From positions 256,001 through 320,000 of the forward strand of contig CAWVVV010000002.1 of the NCBI GenBank assembly GCA_963933835.1: a stretch of 64,000 nt of DNA, written 5' to 3'. Origin of the DNA: an uncultured Puniceicoccaceae bacterium. Lineage in GTDB: Bacteria > Verrucomicrobiota > Verrucomicrobiia > Opitutales > Oceanipulchritudinaceae. A program made the translations under genes and the position numbers. The notes below the pieces were generated by a model that was given only the letters and a program-made list of their open reading frames with translations, was not told where the DNA came from and did not search any database. The first letter of the stretch is position 1; every line of letters starts with the position of its first letter. Of the stretch, positions 51,212 through 61,515 are shown piece after piece.

Positions 51212-53806
51212 ATGAGATCGATTTGTCGCTGGGTTTGGGTCCTGTATTTCCTCCTCCTGGCAGCCTCTTATCTTGGGCAATGGATCGTATCTGACACCTC
51301 AGCGCTTCCGTCGGGTATGCAAATCTTCGAGGTGCCCGAGCGCTTAGCATCCGGAGAACGAACAGGCCGCTTGATCAAGATGGCCACCTACACGAGTGGG
51401 CCCGATGAAGGACCCACGCTCGTTCTGATCCACGGTAGCCCCGTCGCTTCATCGGCGATGCGAGGCCTCAAGCGTGAATTGGAGAAGGCTCTGCCCGATT
51501 GGAGAATCCTTGTCCCGGACATGCCGGGGCTGGGCGCATCAACGAGCGAAGTAACAGACTACTCGGTCGCGGCGCATGGCTACGCTGTCCTAGATCTGCT
51601 CGATGCGCTCGACGTAGAAGAGGCTCACCTCTTGGGCTACAGCATGGGCGGAGGCGTCATCCTTGAGGTCTCCCGGATCGCGCCGGATCGCATTGATTCA
51701 TTGATCATGGCGTCGGCAATCGGCGTTCAAGCGTATGAGCTTTTTGGATCCTATGAGCTGAACCATTCGGTGCACTGGATGCAGTGGGCCGCGCTGAAAG
51801 GCATCGATCTGCTCGTCCCGCATTTTGGATTCTTCGAGAAGCAGCCCCTGGATTTAGGCTACGCGCGTAACTTTTTGTATACGGATCAAAGACCCCTGAG
51901 CGAGGCACTCAAAAGCTACGTCGGCCCGATGCTCATCCATCATGGCCGGGCGGATAACTTGATCCCGATCCAAGCGGCAAAGGAACACGCCCGCCTCGTG
52001 CCTCAAGCCGAGTTAGAACTCTTCGATGGCGGCCACCTCGATGTGATTTCAAATCCGATGCGCTATGTGGCCCTGTTCGCCGATTTCGTTGCTCGTGCTG
52101 AGGCGGGTGAAGCGACCCTTCGAGCTGAAGCAAGCGCCGAGCGTATCAATGCTGCGGATCAGCCTTTTGTCAGGGACCGCAGTTGGCACTACGAGGGGTT
52201 AGCGCTCTTTATCGTCATCAGTCTCCTCATGGCTGCGACGATGGTCTCGGAAGACCTGACTTGTATTGGCGGAGGCTTACTCGCGGCCAATGGTTTGATT
52301 TCACTCCCAGCAGCCGTTATCGCGTGCTTCCTCGGCATCTTTATTGGCGATCTACTGCTCTACACGGCGGGGAGATCTCTGGGTCGGAGCGCGCTTTCTC
52401 GGAGACCAATGCGCTGGTTCGTTCGCCCAGAGGCTGAGAAACGCGCCGAGGCTTGGTTCGCGCGGCGCGGCGCGGTCATCATCTTGGTCTCTCGGGTTTT
52501 GCCCGGGACGAGGGCGGCGACCTATTTTACCGCGGGCGTGCTGAAGGCTCCTCTTGGACGCTTTCTCCTTTTCTTTGGGGTCGCGGCCGCGATCTGGACA
52601 CCGCTTCTTGTCGGAGGCGCCAGCTTGATCGGGGAGCAGATGCTCAGAGTCTATGCTTCATACGAGGCCTATGCGCTCCCGCTTCTATTGGCGACGGGCT
52701 TATGTCTGTATCTGATCATTGGATACGGAATACCTGCCTTGAGTTGGGGCGGGCGAAGACTGCTTTTGGGTAAATGGAGGCGCTGTACACGCTGGGAGTA
52801 TTGGCCGCTCTGGCTGGTGAATGCACCGGTGTTTATCTACGTCTTGTGGCTTGTCCTTATTCGCTACCGCAAGCCGATGATCTTCACCCTTTCGAATCCC
52901 GGGATGCCGCACGGCGGGTTCATCGGCGAAAGCAAGGGGGATATCTTAGCGAGTATGCCAACCTTTGCCTCACATGTCATCCCATGGGACCGGTGTCCCG
53001 TAGGTGAACCGCTGGATGAGAGAATGGAACGGCTGCGTGCGATTCAGTCGAAGGGTCAGCCTTGGCCAATCGTGATCAAGCCCGACGAGGGTCAGCGTGG
53101 TCTTGGGGTGAGAATTGTTAAATCGGAAGAGGAGGCAAAGGAGACGCTTGGCCACTTGGATGAATCCCTCGTTCTCCAAGAGTTCGTCGATGGCCCTGAG
53201 TATGGAGTATTCTACTACAGGTATCCTGAGGCTGAAAAAGGAGTGATCTCTTCGATCACAATCAAGCAATTGACCTCTGTGACGGGTGATGGGGAGCGAT
53301 CGCTTGAAGATCTTATTTTGGCCGATGATCGCACTGTAGATCGAGCTACCTATTTCCTTGATCAGATGTCTGATGCACTTCTTGAGGTGCCAAAGTTAGG
53401 TGAGCGAGTGCCGTTGGTTGAGCTTGGGACACACTCTCGGGGTGCGACTTTTTTGGATGGAGCTCACTTATTGACAGACGAGCTGCTTGAGGCAGTTGAA
53501 AAGATTTCGCGCTCGTATGAGGGATTCTACTACGGGCGCTTCGACTTTAAGGCACCATCAGAAGTTGCCCTTCGCGCAGGGCAGGGCCTAAAAATGATTG
53601 AGTTGAATGGTCTGACGTCAGAGCCGACCCACATTTACGCGCCGGGTGCGTCGCTCTTCACGGGGTGGAAGACACTCATGATCCATTGGCACATCGCGAT
53701 TCGAATCGGGATGCAGAATGAACGGGCAGGGATGAAGCCGTCGGCAGTGAAGGACTTTATTCACTGGTGGTGGCTGAGCTATCACCGCCAGAAAAACAAG
53801 GGCTAA
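51212..53806 (+). CDS. Fusion of alpha/beta-hydrolase, DedA/VTT and ATP-grasp domains
   Basis: HGSP, GYSMGG, D (RADNL), H (GGHL); SEDLTCIGGG, GDLLLY, SRVLPGTR; WEYWP, IKPDEGQRGLGV, LQEFV, GRFDFK, IELNG. Confidence 0.88.
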   Translation: MRSICRWVWVLYFLLLAASYLGQWIVSDTSALPSGMQIFEVPERLASGERTGRLIKMATYTSGPDEGPTLVLIHGSPVASSAMRGLKRELEKALPDWRILVPDMPGLGASTSEVTDYSVAAHGYAVLDLLDALDVEEAHLLGYSMGGGVILEVSRIAPDRIDSLIMASAIGVQAYELFGSYELNHSVHWMQWAALKGIDLLVPHFGFFEKQPLDLGYARNFLYTDQRPLSEALKSYVGPMLIHHGRADNLIPIQAAKEHARLVPQAELELFDGGHLDVISNPMRYVALFADFVARAEAGEATLRAEASAERINAADQPFVRDRSWHYEGLALFIVISLLMAATMVSEDLTCIGGGLLAANGLISLPAAVIACFLGIFIGDLLLYTAGRSLGRSALSRRPMRWFVRPEAEKRAEAWFARRGAVIILVSRVLPGTRAATYFTAGVLKAPLGRFLLFFGVAAAIWTPLLVGGASLIGEQMLRVYASYEAYALPLLLATGLCLYLIIGYGIPALSWGGRRLLLGKWRRCTRWEYWPLWLVNAPVFIYVLWLVLIRYRKPMIFTLSNPGMPHGGFIGESKGDILASMPTFASHVIPWDRCPVGEPLDERMERLRAIQSKGQPWPIVIKPDEGQRGLGVRIVKSEEEAKETLGHLDESLVLQEFVDGPEYGVFYYRYPEAEKGVISSITIKQLTSVTGDGERSLEDLILADDRTVDRATYFLDQMSDALLEVPKLGERVPLVELGTHSRGATFLDGAHLLTDELLEAVEKISRSYEGFYYGRFDFKAPSEVALRAGQGLKMIELNGLTSEPTHIYAPGASLFTGWKTLMIHWHIAIRIGMQNERAGMKPSAVKDFIHWWWLSYHRQKNKG

Positions 53807-54893
53807 GGAAAGATGCCACGCAGCTGTTTTGCTTTCGCGACGCGCTTGATCCCAAGGGTTTGAGCGGCTTCTCGCCGGGTTAGCCCTAAGCGCTCTTTTT
53901 GGTCTTCGACTTCAGCTCGGGCTTTGTCGAGGAGATCGAAGAGTCTTTGTAGAACCTTCTCGCGGGACCAAAAAAGGCTTTGCAAGCCTTGGACCCATTC
54001 AAAGTAAGAGACGATGACGCCGCCGCTGTTGCAGAGGACATCGGGGATGATCTCGATGTCGCCGCGCTCTTCGATGATCTTGTCTGCTTCGGTTGTGGTG
54101 GGTCCGTTGGCAGCTTCGGCAAGAAAGCGGCAGTTTAGCTTGGGTGCGTTGTCTGCATCAATCACTCGCTCGAGAGCGGCCGGGACGAGGACGGTACACT
54201 TGAGGAGAAGAAGTTCTTCATTCGTGATCGACTCGGCACCTTCGTAGTCTTTGAGAGACCCATACGTATTGACGTGCCGGAGGGCATCGTGGACATCGAT
54301 CCCTTTTGGATTATGGAATGCGCCTGAGACGTAGCTGATACCGATGACGCGATAACCGTAGTCAACAAAACCAAGTGCGGCATTTGAGCCGACATTTCCG
54401 AATCCTTGAATCACGACGCGCGTTTGGACAGGTCGGATACGGTGGCTTTCAAGGTAGCGTTTCACGATATAGGCGACCCCGCGACCCGTCGCTTCTTCGC
54501 GTCCTTCTGAGCCACCAATTTCAATCGGTTTACCGGTTACGATCGCTGGCGTTGAGCAGCCGATGATGTTCGAGTAAGTATCCATCATCCACGCCATGGT
54601 CTGTGGATTTGTGCCGAGGTCGGGTGCCATGATGTCGACGTTGGGGCCAACAAAAGGTAAGACCTCCTGCATGTAGCGGCGGGCGACGCGTTCGCTTTCC
54701 CTCAGGCTGAGTGCTCGGGGATCGATCGCAACACCCCCTTTGGCTCCACCGTAGGGGAGACCGACGAGGGCGCATTTCCAACTCATCCACATCGCGAGAG
54801 CCCCAACTTCACCAACCGTTACGGCAGGGTGAAATCGGACGCCGCCCTTGGTTGGCCCGAGGGCGAGATGATGCTGCACGCGATAGGCCTCCA
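53803..54893 (-). pseudogene. gdhA: Glu/Leu/Phe/Val dehydrogenase lacking its N-terminal region
   Basis: YRVQHH, GPTKGGVRF, GGAKGG, GREEATGRG, QGFGNVG, EAANGP, GGVIVSYFEW; homology starts abruptly at EAYRVQ. Confidence 0.85.
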
Positions 54894-55716
54894 GGCAACT
54901 GCTGAGCGTAATGGCTTTCGAGTACACATAGCGAATGATGCATCAAAGGCCGAAGCGGCTCTTAAAGAAGGTGTTAAGCCGGATATTGTTTGGGTCGCGG
55001 CGGAGCTTGGGGATGATGATGGCTATGAAGTCCTTGAGAAGCTAAGATCATTAGATGATTTTGATAAGCTTCCTGCACTCGTTCTGACGTCTGCTTTTCA
55101 GACCAAGAACAGAGAGCAAGCTTCAAACGATGCACTGAGTTTACTCTTAGCGAAGCCTGCAAATCACCTTGTTCTTGAAGCGGGCTGCGAGGCTCTCCTC
55201 TTTGCAGATGGCCGCAAGATGAACGAGTCAGATCATCAAGAAGAGGCTCCGTCATTAGAGCTCGATGACGAAGATTTAATTGAGGCGAAGGTACGAGCTG
55301 CTTTAACAAATTCTAACAGGCGCAGATTAACCAAGAGCCCATTCGTTGATTACAAAACGTATCTGCCCTTGGATGTGCTCTTAGCGGATTCCCATCGTGC
55401 TCGTGGCGCGACGACTCGACGGGTCCTGAAGCATTTTAATAAGGCAACCAAGGTAGTTCAGAGTGCAAACGAAGTTCTTGATTCATTGGAGAATGCCTCT
55501 TTCGATTTGGTCATACTATCGCATCCCTTGCTCGGATCTGAAGTGAGTCAAGTGACACGTCTAATCCACTAGAAATTGCCTGAAGGTCGCCGGCCAGTGA
55601 TTGTGTCGATGGGGATTGATTACCCTGAAGACTCCGTCGAGGCAGGCATCGATGACCATTTGAGGCTGCCGCTTTCTGTTTCGGCGCTAGGGCTACGCCT
55701 GATTAAGAAGGCGTAG
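54888..55716 (+). pseudogene. Two-receiver-domain signalling protein fragment (5' end missing; in-frame TAG at 55570-55572)
   Basis: REC-like PDIVWV...DGYEVL...LLAKP; second REC LDVLLAD...FDLVIL; read-through gives RPVIVSM...EAGIDDHLRLP. Confidence 0.7.
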
Positions 55717-55756
55717 CTAATAACTGGATACAGTGATCAGACGACAGGCGTTCGGA

Positions 55757-57184
55757 TCACTTAGCTGTTTCAGATATTCTGCTCTCACGGATAACCGTGA
55801 TCCGTATTGTTCCCGGATACTGAAGCTCATCTTCGACGCGCCTCCGGATTTTTTTCGCGAGGCGACGAGCATCGAGGTCGTCGATCGCTCCAGGGTCTGC
55901 GATGATACGAATTTCTCGGCCTGCTTGCAGCGCGTAGGCTTCTTTGACCCCTTCGCAGGAGAGCGCGATACTTTCTAAGCTTCGAACTCGCTGAATGTAA
56001 CCGTCCATGCTTTCGGCACGTGCGCCTGGGCGCATCGAGCTCAGGCGATCTGCAGTGATGAGAAGTCCGACATAAGGGCTCTCGGCGGGTACTTCACAGT
56101 GGTGGGCAGCGACGGCGTTGAGCACGGTCGCATCTTCCTCGCCGTGCTGTTTGAGAAAGCTAGCTCCCGCGAGGGCATGGCTGCTGTCATACTCTTCGGT
56201 GAGGACTTTCCCGATATCGTGGAAAAGGCCACAGCGCTTCGCGATCTCGGTGTCTAAGCCCAGTTCGGCGGCGATGAGCGCGCAGATGTTTGCGACTTCG
56301 ATGGAGTGGGCGAGCGAGTTTTGATTGTTCGCGAGGCGAAAGTGCATGCGGCCGAGGGCAGAAATAACCTCGGGGTGGATGCGCTTGAGGCGAAGGCGTT
56401 GAATCGCATTTTCACCATAGGCGATGACACTGCGCTGAACCTCCTCGGTTGCTTTGGCGGCGGCCTCTTCGATCGTTACGGGATGAATCCGACCGTCTGC
56501 TATGAGAGACTCGAGGGTGATGCGGGCTATCTCGCGTCGAACGGCGTCGAAGGACGAAATGAGGACGGTTTCAGGCGTTTCATCGATCAGGATGGTTGTT
56601 CCCGTCGTCGATTCGAAAGCTTTGATGTTACGGCCTTCACGGCCGATAATACGCCCTTTCATATCTTCGCTCGGAAGCTTGATAATCGTAGCGGTGATAT
56701 CGTGGTGAGGCTGTGCGGATAAACGCTGAAGGGCGGCGACGAGAATGTTCCGAGCCTCAGCGTCAACTTCTTCGATCGAGCGCTTCAGGTAGTCCTCTTT
56801 CAGATCACGAACTTCATCGGCGCAGTCTTCTTCGACTTCGCGCCGCAGTGCTTGGCGCGCTTCATTGATGTCCATGTTCGCGATCTTGCGCAGGCGATCG
56901 CGGTATTTCTGAGCTTCGTCGCGGGCGTCGTCTTCGCGCTTTTCGGACGTCGCGATCTGCTCTTCGAGGTGAGTTCGCCTGTTTTCAAGTGCGGCGCGCC
57001 CAGTCGCCGTCGTCCGAAGGCCGGACTCGATTTCGATCTTCTTAACTTCGAGTTCCTGCCGCAGATCCTGTTCGCGCCGATCTGCACTCAAGGTCAGAGA
57101 TCGGGTGGTTTTTTGATAAACCATCCAACCGACGCCTGCTGAGGCTGCCGCTGCTACAGATAATGCAATCCAAGTATCCACCAA
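55757..57184 (-). CDS. rny: Ribonuclease Y
   Basis: N-terminal TM, coiled coil, [23 protein letters not shown]...HDIGK, RPGAR, QAGREIR. Confidence 0.95.
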   Translation of the reverse strand: MVDTWIALSVAAAASAGVGWMVYQKTTRSLTLSADRREQDLRQELEVKKIEIESGLRTTATGRAALENRRTHLEEQIATSEKREDDARDEAQKYRDRLRKIANMDINEARQALRREVEEDCADEVRDLKEDYLKRSIEEVDAEARNILVAALQRLSAQPHHDITATIIKLPSEDMKGRIIGREGRNIKAFESTTGTTILIDETPETVLISSFDAVRREIARITLESLIADGRIHPVTIEEAAAKATEEVQRSVIAYGENAIQRLRLKRIHPEVISALGRMHFRLANNQNSLAHSIEVANICALIAAELGLDTEIAKRCGLFHDIGKVLTEEYDSSHALAGASFLKQHGEEDATVLNAVAAHHCEVPAESPYVGLLITADRLSSMRPGARAESMDGYIQRVRSLESIALSCEGVKEAYALQAGREIRIIADPGAIDDLDARRLAKKIRRRVEDELQYPGTIRITVIRESRISETAK

Positions 57185-57301
57185 AAGTATATTAGAATGC
57201 GGGCACCGAGGTGCCGCGTGTAACGATAAATCGAATCTCTAGTCGGTTAAGCTGCTTGTTAAGTAACACCATACAAAGGCTGAGAGTGCTTTCAGTCAAC
57301 T

Positions 57302-59041
57302 TTAGCGGAGCTCTTGACCGGTGCCTGCTTCGACGATCTTGAAGTTCTCGACGTGGTAGGTGGGGTCCGCACGGAAGCTGAGTTTGACGCCATAGGTCTC
57401 TTCGATCTCGACGAGCACGGCTTCGTCCTCGTGGCGCAGGCGTTCGAGGGCATGCGGGTGACAAAAGACGCGCAGCCAGGTTGGCTCTGCAGGCTTATCA
57501 GCCGGTGAATTGAGGCGGCGAATGACGCTCGTGAGGCGGCGCTGAATCTCGACACTCATCGTGCGGGAGCTCTTCACTGTTCCACGGCCACCGCAGTAGG
57601 GGCATGAACTGTAAAGTCCGCTTGAGACACTTTCTTTGTGTCGTTGCCGCGTCATCTGCATGATGCCGAGTTGTGAGATAGGGAGGACGTGGTTCTTGGC
57701 ACGGTCTCGATCCATCTCCTGTTTCATCCGGCGGAAGACGGAGGAACGGTCGTTCCGATTCTTCATGTCGATGAAATCGAGAATGATCAGCCCACCGATG
57801 TTTCGTAGTTTGATCTGGCGCGCGATCTCGGTCGCCGCTTCCAGATTTACATCGAGAATGAAGTTCGAATTGTCGCTCTTATTTTTGTGCGCGCCGGTGT
57901 TCACATCGACGGCTACGAGGGCTTCGGTTTCTTCGATGACGATCTCGCCGCCGCTTGGAAGGGCGACTTTGCGGAGGAAGGTTTGCTCGATCTGTCGCTC
58001 GATATTGAAGCGCTCAAAAATCGGGATGTTCTCTTTGAAGACGGCGATCTTGCCACTGCTGCGCTTCGAAATGCGAGCGACGAGCTCGATCATTCGATCT
58101 CCGCCTTCCTGATCGTCGACGAGGACGCGATCGATGTCCTCAGTTAGAAAGTCACGCACCGTGCGCTCAATGATGTCTGGCTCGGTGTAGACGCAGGCGG
58201 GCTGCTTCGCTTTGTCGATGCGCTGTTTGATCTCTGCCCACTGGTTGAGCAGAATCGTGAGGTCGCGAACGAAATAGGTCCAGCGCTTGCCTTCACCCGC
58301 CGTGCGGATGATGACGCCCATGCCCTCAGGAATGGAGAGCTTTTTAAGGATATCTTTGAGGCGCTTGCGCTCCTTGTCGTCTTCGATTTTGCGGGAGACG
58401 CCACATTGGCCCTCGAAGGGCATGAGGACGAGGAAGCGGCCGGGAATGGCGAGGTTGGTCGTGGTCCGTGGTCCCTTCGTGCCGATCGTGCTCTTTGTGA
58501 TCTGAACGACGATTTCCGAGCCGATCGGGTAGAGCTTCGGGATGTCCTTTAGCGTAACCTTGGACTTCTTCTCCTTCTGGTCATCGCTGCGCGTATCGCG
58601 GATAAATTCAACTGAGCTGTCTGCTTGCGGGAGGATGTCCCAGTAGTGCAGGAAGGCGTTCTTAGGCTGGCCGATTTCAACGAAGGCAGCTTTGAGGCCC
58701 GGCTCCAAGTTCTGGATCTTGCCCTTAAAGATGGCGCCGACGAGGCGATCGTCGCCCGCGCGTTCGAGTTCGAACTTTTCGAGCACTCCCTCATTGAGGA
58801 CAGCAACGCGCCGCTCGAGCGGTTCGGAGTTAATGATGACTTCGCGGTAAGAGCGCTTTTCTTTCCGGATTTTCTCAACAAGGCGTTGGATGACCGGGCG
58901 TTCTTCGGCTCGGGCTTCCGCGTCTTTTTTCAGCTGATCGGGATCGACATCAGTGATGGCGACCTCCTCAGGACGTGCTTTGAGTTCAGCTTCTTGGTCG
59001 TCGGGAAGTTTGTCTGTGGTTTCTGCAGATGAAGAGTTCAT
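57302..59041 (-). CDS. Rne/Rng family ribonuclease
   Basis: S1 domain [47 protein letters not shown]. Confidence 0.95.
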   Translation of the reverse strand: MNSSSAETTDKLPDDQEAELKARPEEVAITDVDPDQLKKDAEARAEERPVIQRLVEKIRKEKRSYREVIINSEPLERRVAVLNEGVLEKFELERAGDDRLVGAIFKGKIQNLEPGLKAAFVEIGQPKNAFLHYWDILPQADSSVEFIRDTRSDDQKEKKSKVTLKDIPKLYPIGSEIVVQITKSTIGTKGPRTTTNLAIPGRFLVLMPFEGQCGVSRKIEDDKERKRLKDILKKLSIPEGMGVIIRTAGEGKRWTYFVRDLTILLNQWAEIKQRIDKAKQPACVYTEPDIIERTVRDFLTEDIDRVLVDDQEGGDRMIELVARISKRSSGKIAVFKENIPIFERFNIERQIEQTFLRKVALPSGGEIVIEETEALVAVDVNTGAHKNKSDNSNFILDVNLEAATEIARQIKLRNIGGLIILDFIDMKNRNDRSSVFRRMKQEMDRDRAKNHVLPISQLGIMQMTRQRHKESVSSGLYSSCPYCGGRGTVKSSRTMSVEIQRRLTSVIRRLNSPADKPAEPTWLRVFCHPHALERLRHEDEAVLVEIEETYGVKLSFRADPTYHVENFKIVEAGTGQELR

Positions 59042-59140
59042 GATGGGTACGGTCTATGGACCGGTTTTGGTAGCGGTAGCTCTCCATCTTCTTAGTTGTA
59101 AGCGTCTTTTCATAAGGGGACACGTCGTCTTGTTTGGCAT

Positions 59141-60337
59141 TTACCAGCGTTCTCGGCGATGCCGGTGGACGCTTTGGATAATGCCTTGGAGAAAACAACA
59201 ACTGAGAATAAAAGAGCCACCGTAACTTAAAAACGGAAGAGGGAGGCCTGTTATGGGTGTCAGGCCAATCGTCATTCCGATGTTAACGAAGATGTGGATT
59301 AAAAAGATCACCGTGACGCCAACCGCGAGGAGCATGCCTAGCCGGTCTCGCGCCATACCGGCAATGCGAACACCATTAGCTAGAAGCGCTCCGAAAAGAC
59401 TGATGACGAGGCCTGCGCCGAGAAAGCCTCGCTCCTCCGCCAGAACGGCGAAGATGAAATCATTGTGTGCAACTGATCGTGGAAGGTAGCCGAGTTGGGC
59501 TTGGAGGCCTTTACCGTGGCCCTTGCCAAAGGGGCCGCCTGCGCCGACTGCCTGCATCGATTGGTTGCGATTCCACGCCGCTTCGGTCCCAGTAGGATCG
59601 ATTACGGCGGGGTTAATAAAGCCCATGATGCGCTCCCTTTGATAGTCGCGCAAGAGGGGGAAAAGTGCTTGGGTTTGGTACTGTCCGCGGGCCTCGTGAG
59701 CGGTGAGCCCGTTGTCCTTGAGGAAGGTGGTATAGCGGTAAAGATCAGCGCCAAGCCAGCCTGCAAACAGCATGCATATTAAAAAAACGATCACGAAAAA
59801 CTTCTGTGATAAACGGGAACCGTAAAGGAGTGCCAACACCGTTGGCGGTAGAATCATACAGGAACCTAGGTCTGGTTGGGTGAAAATCAAGACCATAGGG
59901 AACAACATGACTAAGAAGACCTTACCCAAGGCGAAGAGGGACTCTCCGATCGTCCCCAGCTTGCTCCGAGCGAGGATGCTGGCGGTCATGATGAGGGTTG
60001 CAACTTTGGCGGCCTCAGATGGCTGGTACCGCATCACGACAAAGTTCAGCCAGCGGGTGGCGCCTTCACGGGTGACGCCGAGAGGGGTGTAGATCAAGAT
60101 GAGAAGTATGATCGCCCCAAGGTAGAACCAAATCGCATTTTCTAGGTAGAACTTGTAATCGAGGCGGCTCGTAATGACATAAACGCCGGTCCCCAAAGCC
60201 ATCCAGACGATCTGCCGCAGCCAGTAGCCGCCCCCCGAAGTCAGGGTCGCAGAGTAGATAAAGGAGACGCCAATCACACCCAAAGTGATGATGATCGCAG
60301 GGCTGATCCAGTCGGTCCGGCTTTCATCCGACCCCAT
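59141..60337 (-). CDS. rodA: Rod shape-determining protein RodA (SEDS family)
   Basis: GATRWL, QPSEAAK, QPDLGS, HNDFIFAVLAEE, PITGLPLPFLSYGGS. Confidence 0.93.
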   Translation of the reverse strand: MGSDESRTDWISPAIIITLGVIGVSFIYSATLTSGGGYWLRQIVWMALGTGVYVITSRLDYKFYLENAIWFYLGAIILLILIYTPLGVTREGATRWLNFVVMRYQPSEAAKVATLIMTASILARSKLGTIGESLFALGKVFLVMLFPMVLIFTQPDLGSCMILPPTVLALLYGSRLSQKFFVIVFLICMLFAGWLGADLYRYTTFLKDNGLTAHEARGQYQTQALFPLLRDYQRERIMGFINPAVIDPTGTEAAWNRNQSMQAVGAGGPFGKGHGKGLQAQLGYLPRSVAHNDFIFAVLAEERGFLGAGLVISLFGALLANGVRIAGMARDRLGMLLAVGVTVIFLIHIFVNIGMTIGLTPITGLPLPFLSYGGSFILSCCFLQGIIQSVHRHRRERW

Positions 60338-60695
60338 GACAAGGAGCTGCTTCGTCCTCTCAAAGATTCTATCCTGATCTATCCCCCGGTTAATCCTGAA
60401 AAAGTTGGGTCATCGCTGTGGGCGACTCAATGCTAATTGGCAACAATCTGGGGGCAGAATCGGGAAAGAGTAGCTCATATTCGCGCGCCCCTGTCATTAG
60501 CAGTTTTCATACAGCAATCCACCGAATCTAATAGCATAGGATATCCCCAGCATTGAACGGCCTTTGGCTTTACCTATTAAAGATTCTTATAAAGGCTGCC
60601 CCTAGTATGGCACCTGTTCACACGCCGTTTCTCCCGGTGGTGGATAATAAACGCAGGTTTATGCGCCGTAGACCCTTCTAAAAGGTAGATTAACA

Positions 60696-61496
60696 ATGAG
60701 TTCCCTTACCAAAAAATACCTCATGGCGCTCACGGGCATCGTTCTCGTCGGCTTCGTCTTCGGACACATGGCAGGTAATTTGCAGATGTTTTTGCACCCG
60801 GACTGGATCAATGAGTATGCCTATAAGCTGCAGCACCTTCCTTACGGACTCATCTGGGTCGTTCGCAGCGTGTTACTGCTGTGCGTTGTTGTTCACATCG
60901 TCACCGCTGTCTTGCTCGTCTTGGAGAACAAGCGCGCACGGCCCGTTGGCTACTCGGTGCAGAACCCGCAGGTCTCGACCTTTGCATCGCGGACAATGCG
61001 CTACACCGGACTGATCGTATTAGCCTTCATTGTCTACCACCTCGCGCATTTCACGATTCAGTCGACCAACCCTGAGTTCAAGGATTTGGAGACACCTCTG
61101 GTCGGCACCGCTGGCAAGCACGGGATGGAAAGTCGCACGCTCTGGGGCGTCTACGACAAGCTGACCACTCACGGCGAAAACCCCGCTGCTGCCGCAAACA
61201 ACGTGCACGACGTCTACGCGATGGTCGCGCTCGGCTTTAAGTCACCCCTCGTTTCGGGCTTCTACATCCTTTCGATCCTCCTCCTCTGCATGCACCTCAG
61301 CCATGGCTTCAGCTCGATGTTTCAGAGCATCGGACTGCGCAATGCGGTTTGGCGTGGTCGCCTTGAGCTTGCCGCGAAGGTTCTCTCGTTCGCCCTTTTT
61401 CTGGGGTTCGCCTCTCTTCCGGCGGCAGCCCTGCTCGGTTTCTTCGCCGCCCATCTTTCATCGGCTGTAGAAGCAGCGGGTGCCTTAGCACACTAA
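60696..61496 (+). CDS. sdhC: Succinate dehydrogenase/fumarate reductase cytochrome b subunit
   Basis: [35 protein letters not shown]. Confidence 0.93.
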   Translation: MSSLTKKYLMALTGIVLVGFVFGHMAGNLQMFLHPDWINEYAYKLQHLPYGLIWVVRSVLLLCVVVHIVTAVLLVLENKRARPVGYSVQNPQVSTFASRTMRYTGLIVLAFIVYHLAHFTIQSTNPEFKDLETPLVGTAGKHGMESRTLWGVYDKLTTHGENPAAAANNVHDVYAMVALGFKSPLVSGFYILSILLLCMHLSHGFSSMFQSIGLRNAVWRGRLELAAKVLSFALFLGFASLPAAALLGFFAAHLSSAVEAAGALAH

Positions 61497-61515
61497 TTTT
61501 CAGCACCCACTAGAT

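Noticed and set aside
55570..55572. Amber recoding (pyrrolysine or alternative code)
   Set aside because: TAG is a normal stop in many intact genes here (rpmH, fabA, yidC, yebC, sdhA)
57185..57301. 6S RNA upstream of rny
   Set aside because: Only about 115 nt and no long rod-like pairing seen
59054..59140. 28-aa ORF between rodA and rne/rng
   Set aside because: No RBS or recognisable features; likely chance
60608..60625. Sigma-54 promoter for sdhCAB
   Set aside because: TGGCAC is present but there is no GC at the -12 position
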